From an uncultured Acidobacteriota bacterium (lineage in GTDB: Bacteria; Acidobacteriota; Terriglobia; UBA7540), in NCBI GenBank assembly GCA_963718175.1, contig CAVQYM010000014.1, positions 104,283 through 168,282 on the forward strand: a stretch of DNA of 64,000 nucleotides, in the 5' to 3' direction. Shown piece after piece: positions 10,107-18,920 of the stretch. A program made the translations under genes and the position numbers. Positions within the stretch are counted from its first letter, which is position 1, and every line of letters starts with the position of its first letter. The notes beneath the pieces were generated by a model. The model saw only the letters and a program-made list of their open reading frames with translations. It did no database searches and was not told the origin of the DNA.

Positions 10107-12038
10107 ATGTCCCTGCCCCATCGTTCTTTTCCCACGCGCAAGCTGCCCGCCAAGCCTCACCTCAAGCAACTCAAGAAACAGGCGAAGGATTTATTGAAAG
10201 CTTTTCGGGCTGGCGAAGCAACGGCTGTCGCGGAGGTGCACGCACACTATCGCGGCGCGATTTCCGGAGCCGCAGGCGAAGGACTCCAACTGAGTGACGC
10301 GCAACTGGTCCTAGCCCGTACTTATGGCTTCGAGAGTTGGATGAAGCTTAAAGTCTTCGTGGATGGAGTCACTATGAGCCGCTTTGTGGCTGCGGTCGAG
10401 ACCGGTGACATCGGACGCGTGGGCGCGATGCTCCGGCAGCGGCCGGAGCTGGTGCATATGGACACGGCCGGCAACGATGAGCATCGGGGTCTACATTATG
10501 CCGTGCTGCGCCGCGACGTGGCCATGGTGCGGTTGCTGATGCAAGCCGGCGCCGACGCGCGCCAGGGCATCTTCCCGCACCGCGATGCCACCACCGCGCT
10601 CGCCTTGGCGAAGGAGCGCGATGATGCGGACGTCGTCGCGGTGATCGAGGAAGAAGAGCAGCGCCGCCGCCAGCAGATGAGCTGTCCGAACGCCGCCGTC
10701 TCACCTGCCCAGGAGCAGATTAACGAGGCGATCCGCGAGGGCAATACCGGCGCGGCCATTCGCCTCCTGGAAGCGGACGGATCCCTGGTCCATGCTTGCG
10801 ACCGGGCCGGTGGGACGCCGCTGCACGCCGCGGCGGAAGAGACGAATGAGGAGATGGTAGAATGGTTGCTCAGCCGAGGAGCCAACGTCCGTAAGCGCGA
10901 CATCCAGGGCTTGACCCCGCTCGACCGCGCCGCGCGCGCCGCCGACCCACGCAACGATCACACCCAGCGATTTCCCGCCGTCGCTAAGCTGCTGCTCGAT
11001 CACGGCGCGGAGGTGACCCTCGATGCGGCGGTGGCGCTGGCCGATAGTCACCGCATCCGCCAACTGGTGAGCGGCGACCCCGGCCTGCTGCGGCGGGACA
11101 CGCATTGGTCGAGGGGCGGCCTCCTCAGCCTGGCAGTAAAACACGGACAGATCGAGATCGTTCGGCTGTTGCTTGACCTTGGGGCCGACGTGGATGAACG
11201 GATTCTGCTGAGCGAACTGGAGGAGCCCACGCCAAGCTGGGGCGCGCCCTTGTGGTATGCGGCTCTAGCGGGGCGGCGCGACATCGCCGAGCTGCTGCTC
11301 GACCGCGGCGCCGACCCCAACGCCAATGTGTACGCCTCCGGTTGGCCGCTCCGTAACGCGTACCAACGGAACGACGAAGCCATGAAGCGACTGCTGGTCG
11401 AGCGCGGCGCTAAGCCCCAGCCTTACATGGTCGCCGAGGCCCATGATCTGGTGGAGGCCCGGCGGTTGTTGGGGATGGATGCCAGTGAGGACCTGGCGCA
11501 GGAACTGGTCTGGTCCGCCGCGGTCAATGGTTGTCCAGCCATCGTCGAGTTGGCGCTGCCGCGCCTCGCCTGGCCTGCGCAGGACGCGCGCTGGCACTGG
11601 ATTCTGATCCAGCCGCTTCGCGGCCTGGGCGACAATTCCGGATTGAGGCCGGCCGCAACATCTGAAGACCGAATGGCGTGCATGTCCATCCTGCTTCGGC
11701 ACGGGATCGATGCGAACGTGTCGAGGCTTGGGCAAACGGTTCTCCACTTCGCGGCCGCGCGGGGCGGGATCCCGAATGAGGCGGACCGCGCCCGCTTTGC
11801 CGCCTTGTTGCTCGATGGGGGCGCCAGGCTCGACTTGCGTGATAACCTGCTGGAGTCCACGCCGTTGGGCTGGGCGTGCCGCTGGGGCAGGGAGGAACTG
11901 GTGGAGTTACTCGTCGCCCGCGGTGCGCCCTTGAACGAGCCGGACGCCCGAGCGTGGGCCACCCCGCTGGCGTGGGCGAAAAAGATGGGCCACGCCGCCA
12001 TCGAGCGTCGGCTTCGCGACCTTGGCGCGAAAGCCTGA
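10107..12038 (+). CDS. Ankyrin-repeat protein
   Basis: Many ANK units (GxTPLHxAA...VxxLLxxGAD), e.g. GGTPLHAAAEETNEEMVEWLLSRGANV and GQTVLHFAAARG. ATG at 10107 has AAAGGAGG 6 nt upstream. Confidence 0.85.
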   Translation: MSLPHRSFPTRKLPAKPHLKQLKKQAKDLLKAFRAGEATAVAEVHAHYRGAISGAAGEGLQLSDAQLVLARTYGFESWMKLKVFVDGVTMSRFVAAVETGDIGRVGAMLRQRPELVHMDTAGNDEHRGLHYAVLRRDVAMVRLLMQAGADARQGIFPHRDATTALALAKERDDADVVAVIEEEEQRRRQQMSCPNAAVSPAQEQINEAIREGNTGAAIRLLEADGSLVHACDRAGGTPLHAAAEETNEEMVEWLLSRGANVRKRDIQGLTPLDRAARAADPRNDHTQRFPAVAKLLLDHGAEVTLDAAVALADSHRIRQLVSGDPGLLRRDTHWSRGGLLSLAVKHGQIEIVRLLLDLGADVDERILLSELEEPTPSWGAPLWYAALAGRRDIAELLLDRGADPNANVYASGWPLRNAYQRNDEAMKRLLVERGAKPQPYMVAEAHDLVEARRLLGMDASEDLAQELVWSAAVNGCPAIVELALPRLAWPAQDARWHWILIQPLRGLGDNSGLRPAATSEDRMACMSILLRHGIDANVSRLGQTVLHFAAARGGIPNEADRARFAALLLDGGARLDLRDNLLESTPLGWACRWGREELVELLVARGAPLNEPDARAWATPLAWAKKMGHAAIERRLRDLGAKA

Positions 12039-12097
12039 GGCCACTTGCTCAAGGGTCGCTGTACCCGCAGTTCGAATTCTGAAGGAGGATGCCAGAG

Positions 12098-12541
12098 ATG
12101 AGTGCCGGTTCGAATACCGATGGTAACGTCAAAGAAGTTGTCCCGTTCTTCGGCGTATCCAACATGGAACGCTCTGTCCGCTACTACGTGGAGGGCCTCG
12201 GCTTCACGATGGAGAAGAAGTGGGTGGTGGACGGAAAGGTGCGCTGGTGCTGGCTGGCGCTGGGCGGAGCCGCCCTCATGCTCCAGGAGTTTTCCAAGCA
12301 GCGACTTGATTCAGGCGTAGCCCAGCGAAAATTGGGCGAGGGCGTGTCACTCTGCTTTCAATGTCAGGATGCACTGGCGATCTATCACGAGGTCAGGTCC
12401 CGCGGCGTCGAGGCCTCGGAGCCGCAGGTCGGAAACGCCCTGTGGGTTACGGGCCTGACGGACCCGGACGGCTACCGGCTCGAATTCGCAAGTCCAACGG
12501 ACATCCCGGAGGAGACGAAGCTATCGGAAGTGAAGGGCTGA
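12098..12541 (+). CDS. VOC (glyoxalase/bleomycin-resistance/dioxygenase) family protein
   Basis: Roughly 147-aa protein with VOC-like beta-alpha-beta-beta-beta sequence (VPFFGVSNMERSVRYYVEGLGF...DPDGYRLEF). GGAGG abuts the first ATG (12089), so the second ATG (12098) is favoured. Confidence 0.75.
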   Translation: MSAGSNTDGNVKEVVPFFGVSNMERSVRYYVEGLGFTMEKKWVVDGKVRWCWLALGGAALMLQEFSKQRLDSGVAQRKLGEGVSLCFQCQDALAIYHEVRSRGVEASEPQVGNALWVTGLTDPDGYRLEFASPTDIPEETKLSEVKG

Positions 12542-12644
12542 GGAGAATTACCTTCCCATCACTCATGACATCGCTCCATGGGGGCTGTATAATCCTCACG
12601 CTCGATCCGGAAACTAACTGACCCAGGGACAAGTTGCTTTTATT

Positions 12645-14906
12645 ATGATCGACCAAAAAATTCTTTCCATCGACTTACTACTGCACATTGCCAAGGTACT
12701 CGAAGTCCCCATGCACGGCCTGGTGGCTGTCATCGAGCTGCTGGATGATGGCGGCACGGTGCCGTTCATCGCGCGCTATCGCAAGGAGGCGACCGGAAAT
12801 CTCGATGAGGTTAAGGTTCGATGTATCGAAGAGAAGCTGACCTATTTCCGCGAGCTGGTGGCGCGCCGGGAAACGATCCTGGCGTCCATCGCCGAGCAGG
12901 GCAAGCTTACCGATGAACTGAGAAAGCGCATTGAAGCGACGATCGACAAGAGCGAGTTGGAGGACTTGTACTTACCCTACCGGCCGAAGCGCCGCACGAA
13001 AGCGACCATGGCACGCGAAAAGGGGCTGGAGCCGCTCGCTCTGTACTTGTGGGCGCAGCAGCCCGCCACCGAGCCGCTGGAAACCTTCGCCCGGGGTTTT
13101 GTGAATGCCGAAAAAGGTGTGAACAGCGTAGAAGAGGCGCTGGAAGGCGCGCGCCACATTGTAGCCGAGATGATCAGCGAGGACGCCGATCTGCGCAAGG
13201 CTCTGCGGCAGATGATGTTTGAAGAGGGCACGGTGGTCAGCCGGAAGGTTGCCGATGCCGTGGATGAGCAAGAGAAGTTCAAGATGTATTACGAGTACCG
13301 TGAGCCGGTGAAGGTAATTCCGTCCCACCGCATGCTGGCCATTCGTCGGGGTGAGAGCGAAGGCGTCCTCACCTCCTTCATCGAATTGGACCCCTTACGA
13401 GCTGTTTCCATGCTGAAAGCACGCATTTTGCGCGCGCCCGGCGATTGGACGCCGCAGCTCGAGCTAGCCATTGAGGATTCATGGGATCGCCTGCTCGATT
13501 CTTCGATTCAGGCCGAAATCCGGATAGAAGTAAAGCAGCGTTCGGATGGGGAAGCGATTCAGGTCTTTCGTGACAATCTGCACAACCTGCTTCTGGCGCC
13601 TCCGGCGGGGCCCATTTCGGTATTGGGAATCGACCCCGGGCTGCGCACCGGCTGCAAGGTTGCCGTGATCGACGCGACGGGCAAATTTCTTGCTCACGAC
13701 GTCATTTACCTGCACCGCTCTCAAGGCGAAGCCGAGGCCGCCGCCCAGAAGCTCGAGGCGTTGTTGCAGCAGCACAACGTGCGCGCTGTCGCCATCGGCA
13801 ACGGCACGGCATCCCGCGAGACGGATGCCTTTGTGCGTAATTTCCTGCGCGAGCGGCGGCTGGATAACGTTTTTTCCGTGACCGTCAGCGAGTCCGGGGC
13901 CAGCGTCTACTCCGCTTCGGAGGTGGCGCGGCAGGAGTTCCCCGATCTCGATCTCACCGTGCGCGGCGCCATTTCCATTGCCCGCCGCTTGCAGGACCCG
14001 CTCTCCGAACTGGTCAAAGTCGATCCCAAGTCCATCGGCGTCGGCCAATATCAGCACGATGTTGACCAGCGCCAGCTTCAGGCGTCGCTCGAAAGCGTGA
14101 TTGAAAGTTGCGTCAACCGGGTGGGCGTCGATCTGAATACTTCGTCGTGGACGCTGTTGCGCTACGTCGCCGGCGTCACGGAACGCACCGCTCTCAACAT
14201 CGTTACCTTTCGGAATGAGAACGGGAGCTTCCGTTCACGCGCGCAATTGCGGAAAGTTCCCGGCATCGGCCCCAAGACGTTCGAACAGGCGGCGGGGTTC
14301 CTGCGCATCCGCAACGGCGACAACCTGCTGGACATGACCGCCGTCCACCCGGAGTCCTACCAGATCGTGGAACAAATCGCCCAATCCCTGGGTGTTCCCA
14401 TCGAAGAGCTGGTTAAGCGCCCGGAGCTTCTGGAAAAGGTGGACCGCAACCGGCTATCGGCGGGGACGTATACGCTGAACGATATCCTCGAGGAGTTACG
14501 CAAGCCGGGGCGCGACCCCCGCGACAAGTTCGTTGCGCCCAGCTTCAATGAGCAGGTCCGCGAACTCACCGATGTGCAGCCCGGCATGGTGTTGGAAGGT
14601 GTGGTGACCAACGTGACCAAGTTCGGAGCCTTTGTGGATATCGGCGTTCATCAGGACGGACTGGTCCATATCAGCGAGCTTTCCAACCGCTACATCAAGG
14701 ACGCTTCGGACGTGGTCAAGGCTGGCCAGATCGTCAAGGTAAAAGTCTTGAGCGCGGATGCCAAAATGAAACGCATCGCCCTCTCCATCAAGGCCTTGCA
14801 AAAACCACCCGCCAAGCGCCCGCCCAAGCCGCAACCGCCACCAAAACCGGAACCCACACTGGAAGAGAAAATCGCCATTCTTGCTGCGAAGTGGAAGACC
14901 CGCTAA
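12645..14906 (+). CDS. tex: Tex-like transcription accessory protein (YqgF/HHH/S1 domains)
   Basis: TVPFIARYRKEATGNLDE motif at the N-terminus, a central YqgF-like region (VLGIDPGLRTGCKVAVID), HhH motifs, and a C-terminal S1 domain (GMVLEGVVTNVTKFGAFVDIG...GLVHISEL). Confidence 0.9.
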   Translation: MIDQKILSIDLLLHIAKVLEVPMHGLVAVIELLDDGGTVPFIARYRKEATGNLDEVKVRCIEEKLTYFRELVARRETILASIAEQGKLTDELRKRIEATIDKSELEDLYLPYRPKRRTKATMAREKGLEPLALYLWAQQPATEPLETFARGFVNAEKGVNSVEEALEGARHIVAEMISEDADLRKALRQMMFEEGTVVSRKVADAVDEQEKFKMYYEYREPVKVIPSHRMLAIRRGESEGVLTSFIELDPLRAVSMLKARILRAPGDWTPQLELAIEDSWDRLLDSSIQAEIRIEVKQRSDGEAIQVFRDNLHNLLLAPPAGPISVLGIDPGLRTGCKVAVIDATGKFLAHDVIYLHRSQGEAEAAAQKLEALLQQHNVRAVAIGNGTASRETDAFVRNFLRERRLDNVFSVTVSESGASVYSASEVARQEFPDLDLTVRGAISIARRLQDPLSELVKVDPKSIGVGQYQHDVDQRQLQASLESVIESCVNRVGVDLNTSSWTLLRYVAGVTERTALNIVTFRNENGSFRSRAQLRKVPGIGPKTFEQAAGFLRIRNGDNLLDMTAVHPESYQIVEQIAQSLGVPIEELVKRPELLEKVDRNRLSAGTYTLNDILEELRKPGRDPRDKFVAPSFNEQVRELTDVQPGMVLEGVVTNVTKFGAFVDIGVHQDGLVHISELSNRYIKDASDVVKAGQIVKVKVLSADAKMKRIALSIKALQKPPAKRPPKPQPPPKPEPTLEEKIAILAAKWKTR

Positions 14907-15019
14907 GCCGCGACAGGTTCAAAATTGCCCTCAAAGGTTTATCATGGAAGAGGGATTACTTTGTATTCCGGTGAGAGACATCTCGACTGAAATTGGTCGC
15001 ATGAGGAGGTAGAAGCGCA

Positions 15020-16648
15020 GTGTCAACATTCAGCGAAGTCTTTCGAGTCTCTGGGGCCCGCATCGAATCACTGGCGGAGCTGCCGGAGCCCACGCGTTCC
15101 CTGGAGGCAATTCTGGAAGCGGCGGAGAGAAACCCCGGCCTCGACGTGGAGGATGCAGCTTCGCTGATCGCCTGGGCGCGCGAGCCCGAACGGCGCGCAG
15201 AAATCCAAACCGCGGCGCAGCGGGTTCGCGAGCAGGTGGCCCCGCACACGGTGGAATTCATCATACCGGTTTATCTCACCAGCTTTTGCGAGAACGAATG
15301 CCTTTACTGCGGCTATCGTCAAAGCAACGCGCTGGCCGAGCGCGTGCGCCTGAGCCTGGACGAATTCAGCCGGGAGCTCGACCTGATTCTATCCTGGGGC
15401 CATCGGCAGATCGAACTGGTGCTTTCGGAAGACCCGGAATTCGGCCCCGAAGTGCTGGCGCCTTACGTGGACTTGACGCGCCGCAAGCTGGATGGCCTGG
15501 GCGGCGGCGTGGTGGGGCTCTGCTCGCCGGTTTATGAGCGTGAGGACTACGTGCGGCTGCGGCAGGCGGGCTTGGAATGGGTGGTGGAATGGCAGGAGAC
15601 TTATCACCAACCCCACTTCGACCGCTGGCACGTTGTCGGCTCGCCCAAGCGCGATATCGAATACCGCTTGGATTTGTGGGACCGCGTCATCGCGGCGGGC
15701 ATCAGGAAAGTCGCTCTGGGCGCGCTGCTGGGGCTCTACGACTGGCATTACGATGTGTTGGCCACCATCGAGCAAGGCAATTACCTGCGCCGGGCCTATG
15801 GCCTCGAGCCGCACGCCATCGGCATTCCGCGTCTCAAGCCGGCACGCGGCGTGCTGGCATCGCAAAAGCCCTCGCGCTTCACGGTTTCGGACGACGATTA
15901 CCGTTTGATCCTGAGCTTCTATCACCTTGCCTTCCCGCGCTCGCGGCTGTTCTTCAACACCCGCGAGAATTACGAAATGAATATCTCCATGGTGGCGGCG
16001 GGCGACCTCTTCACGGTGGACTGCGACACCTTTCCGGGAGGATACCTTCGCACGGACACGCCGGGGCAGTTTTCAACTCATGGTTTTCCTTCGCGGCGAG
16101 AGGTTGCCGGGGTGCTCGCGGCGCGCGGGCTCAAGAGTTTGTATCTGGAAGCCGAAACCCCGCTGCCTGCTTCCCCACGGCCCTCCACGGATGTGCTCCC
16201 TGACCTTGTGAAATGGCGGGAAGAACACGCGAAAACCCGCGCCGCCTTACAGGACTGGCAGGCCATTCTGGCGGGGCTGGCCGTGCGTCCTGGCGAAAAT
16301 CTCACCGACCGGCAAGCGGCGCTCGCCGCGCTGCGCATGACGATGTACTTCTTCAAAACTTATGTCATGGACCATTGCCGCCGGGAAGAAAACGCCCTTT
16401 TCCGCATCACCGCGCAAACCCCCGAGGCGACGGCGAAGCTCCAGGAAATTCGCGACGGGCACGAGCGCTTGGGGATCGACCTCGATAAGTTCGAAAGGCA
16501 GATGGCCTCCTACCGGCTCTCCGGCGATCCCAGCGTGCTGCTCACCGTGGGAGAACGCGCCATCCGCGAACTTAACGAGCACCTCGCCGGGGAAGAGGAG
16601 TTTGCGGAAAGAAACTCTGACGCCGCGGCACGGGCGTCCCGACCGTGA
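15020..16648 (+). CDS. ThiH/HydG/BioB-like radical SAM enzyme fused to a C-terminal hemerythrin-like (HHE) domain
   Basis: GTG start. CX3CX2C cluster motif in YLTSFCENECLYCGYRQSN. C-terminal ~140 aa carry HHE-type motifs (DHCRREENALF, DGHERL, NEHLAGEEEF). Confidence 0.75.
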   Translation: MSTFSEVFRVSGARIESLAELPEPTRSLEAILEAAERNPGLDVEDAASLIAWAREPERRAEIQTAAQRVREQVAPHTVEFIIPVYLTSFCENECLYCGYRQSNALAERVRLSLDEFSRELDLILSWGHRQIELVLSEDPEFGPEVLAPYVDLTRRKLDGLGGGVVGLCSPVYEREDYVRLRQAGLEWVVEWQETYHQPHFDRWHVVGSPKRDIEYRLDLWDRVIAAGIRKVALGALLGLYDWHYDVLATIEQGNYLRRAYGLEPHAIGIPRLKPARGVLASQKPSRFTVSDDDYRLILSFYHLAFPRSRLFFNTRENYEMNISMVAAGDLFTVDCDTFPGGYLRTDTPGQFSTHGFPSRREVAGVLAARGLKSLYLEAETPLPASPRPSTDVLPDLVKWREEHAKTRAALQDWQAILAGLAVRPGENLTDRQAALAALRMTMYFFKTYVMDHCRREENALFRITAQTPEATAKLQEIRDGHERLGIDLDKFERQMASYRLSGDPSVLLTVGERAIRELNEHLAGEEEFAERNSDAAARASRP

Positions 16649-16748
16649 GCAGCTACGGCCAGGAAGGCCGTCCCACAAGAGCTCGCGGCATTCCCCGCCA
16701 GGGGGTAAGGCGCTGAGCGAGGCTACAGCGCCTCGACAAGAGGTCCAG

Positions 16749-17708
16749 TCACTCCTTCCCGGAAAGGAGGAAGGCGATTGGACCGTAGAGGTTCCCGAGG
16801 AAGAACGGAATTCGTGGAACCTTAAGGTTCGTTGCGGCCAACGCTTCGGCCGCGGGTCGCCGCCGCAGGCGCGATGCGATGTAACGCAATATCTCCCGTC
16901 GCAGGGAGGGTTCTTGCAGGAAGTACTTGGTAAGGATGGCCGTGTGCGCGCAACCCGATTGGATAGCCCACCGGCGCACCGCGCGCCTTTCCGTGGAGTG
17001 ACGGTGAAGAATCCGAGCCGCAGGCTCGACAACGATCCTGGTGCTACCCAGCAAGATCCTCAGCAGAAGATCGGGTTCTTCACCGGAGCCGATGCGAGTT
17101 CCCCGGCCCAAGCGGGTATCGAAGTAACCGAAACGGTCGAAAGCCTCACGCCGAATTGCCATGTTGGCGTTGCCCACCAAGGCCGGGCGCATGGGGAAAG
17201 AGTTCTTTCTGGAATTCCCATTCACGGTTCGTTGCGATTCCGGGAACTGGGCGCGGTGAAGAAAATCGAAGGCTTGGCTGACCGGGTCGCGGAGGGTTTG
17301 GGCGAAGATGCTTCCCACGACCGCAAGAACTTGGGGGTCACGGAAAGGAGCCAGCAGGAGCGGAAGCCAGTTCGGATCGGCTACGGAATCATCGTCGAGG
17401 AATGCCATGATGTTCCCCGCTGCCGCGAGGATTCCGGCATTGCGTGCCCGACTGACCCCGCGTTGGGGCTCCGTGACAAGCCTTGCGTCGTGGCGCCGGG
17501 CGACTTCCTCAACGGCTGCGAGGTAGGGACCATTGTTGACAACGATGATTTCTGCAACTGCGGCCCGGAAAGGCCGCAGGGATTTCAGGCATTCCTCCAG
17601 ATCTGTCATGCGGTCGACAGTGCAAACGATGATGCTTGTCTGTTTCAGCAATTCGCCCAGGACTTCCATCGCCTCTTCCTGTGAAGGGTACCAGACTTTG
17701 CGTGGCAC
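16749..17708 (-). CDS. Glycosyltransferase family 2
   Basis: GT-A motifs: SIIVCTVDR, IIVVNNG, FLDDDSVADPNW (DxD). Confidence 0.8.
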   Translation of the reverse strand: MPRKVWYPSQEEAMEVLGELLKQTSIIVCTVDRMTDLEECLKSLRPFRAAVAEIIVVNNGPYLAAVEEVARRHDARLVTEPQRGVSRARNAGILAAAGNIMAFLDDDSVADPNWLPLLLAPFRDPQVLAVVGSIFAQTLRDPVSQAFDFLHRAQFPESQRTVNGNSRKNSFPMRPALVGNANMAIRREAFDRFGYFDTRLGRGTRIGSGEEPDLLLRILLGSTRIVVEPAARILHRHSTERRAVRRWAIQSGCAHTAILTKYFLQEPSLRREILRYIASRLRRRPAAEALAATNLKVPRIPFFLGNLYGPIAFLLSGKE

Positions 17709-17786
17709 CGAATCTTGTCTAACCGGATGGATCAGATTTCCGGAAAGGCAAAGACTTCAATGCTCGTTGTGATCACCCGGCGGGAC

Positions 17787-18863
17787 TCACTTCCGGGTCT
17801 CGTTCAGGAGTTCATCGTAAAGCTGAGTGAAGCCCCCGGTCATCTGCGCGGCACTGAAATGATCGCGAACATGGGCATACCCCGCTGCTCCCATGCTGTG
17901 GCGCATCTCGGGTTTCGGGAGCAGGAGGCGAAGCCTGGAAGCCAAGGCATCGGCATCGCGGGGCGGGACCAGCCAACCCGTTTTTGCATCTTCAATCAGC
18001 TCCGGGACGCCGCCCACCGAGGTGGCGACCACCGGCAAGCCTGCTGCCATGGCATCCAGCGCGGCGATCGGGAAACCCTCCTCGAGGGAAGGCATCACGA
18101 AGACATCCCAGCGAGGAAGAACGGATTTGGGGTCGTCGATCCATCCCAGGAACTCAACATGTCCCTCGAGGCCAGAGTGCGCGACCGCCTCTTCCAGTTT
18201 CCGGCGTTGCGGCCCCGACCCGGCAATCTCCACGCGAAGACCGGGGAATTCGCGCCGCAGCGCGCTTGCCGCGCTGAGCAAGTACTCGATCCCTTTCAGT
18301 TCCACCAGTCGCCCTGCCGTTCCGAGGATGATCTCCGACGTGGTGCGATGGGGAAGGGCAGGAGGGTCGCCAGGGGGGACGGTCACGCCGGCATAAATCA
18401 CCCGCACCGGTCCATCGATGACTCGACTCGCCACCGCTTGAGAGACCGCGACGACTGCATCTGCGTCCCGGGCAGAGAAGTAGACTGGCGTGAGGCCGCG
18501 CGGCTCGAGAATCCGGCCGTGCAGATGCCTGATAATCCTGGCTTGCGTGGCGGCGCGCGCGAGCCGGCAGACAGACCTCCCTCCGAAGTGAAGATGGACG
18601 ATCGCAAATTTCTGGTTGCGCAGGCTGCGCCAGAACCTCCAGGCTCCCACAGGATCTCGCGCCCCGCGCCACCAGTCGAGAGCGCGCGACTGCACGCCAG
18701 CCTGCTCAAGCATGCCTACCAGGGGACCCGCCCCAGCCAGAAACCAGGCATGGATGCGGTATCGTTCGGGATCGAGCCCCTCCGCGAGGACGCGCACAAT
18801 GCGGGCCATACCCGTACCCTCGGGCTGTGCCGTGCCAAGAATATGGAGTACCTGGTGAGCCAT
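17787..18863 (-). CDS. Glycosyltransferase family 4 (GT-B fold)
   Basis: C-terminal GT4 signature PSLEEGFPIAALDAMAAGLPVVATSVGGVPELIED. Confidence 0.85.
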   Translation of the reverse strand: MAHQVLHILGTAQPEGTGMARIVRVLAEGLDPERYRIHAWFLAGAGPLVGMLEQAGVQSRALDWWRGARDPVGAWRFWRSLRNQKFAIVHLHFGGRSVCRLARAATQARIIRHLHGRILEPRGLTPVYFSARDADAVVAVSQAVASRVIDGPVRVIYAGVTVPPGDPPALPHRTTSEIILGTAGRLVELKGIEYLLSAASALRREFPGLRVEIAGSGPQRRKLEEAVAHSGLEGHVEFLGWIDDPKSVLPRWDVFVMPSLEEGFPIAALDAMAAGLPVVATSVGGVPELIEDAKTGWLVPPRDADALASRLRLLLPKPEMRHSMGAAGYAHVRDHFSAAQMTGGFTQLYDELLNETRK

Positions 18864-18920
18864 GACTTCCCTCGAGCGCGAAGTTACGTTGCGTGAGAGG
18901 ACCTTGAGCAGCCAATACTC

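Noticed and set aside
14907-15019. Possible TPP or other riboswitch upstream of the ThiH-like radical SAM gene.
   Set aside because: I could not find the conserved CUGAGA / ACCUGAUCUGGAUAAUGCCAGCG-type TPP elements or any other riboswitch core I recognise. The region is short and unremarkable.
16362-17684. Long ORFs antisense to, or out of frame with, well-supported genes. Examples: 16362-17684, 17715-18896, 31235-32065, 34819-35979, 47709-48626, 49019-50395, 51388-52815 and 56799-57518.
   Set aside because: These are typical shadow ORFs of high-GC DNA. They have Arg/Pro/Gly-rich low-complexity translations and no motifs, and each fully overlaps a gene with clear domain signatures.
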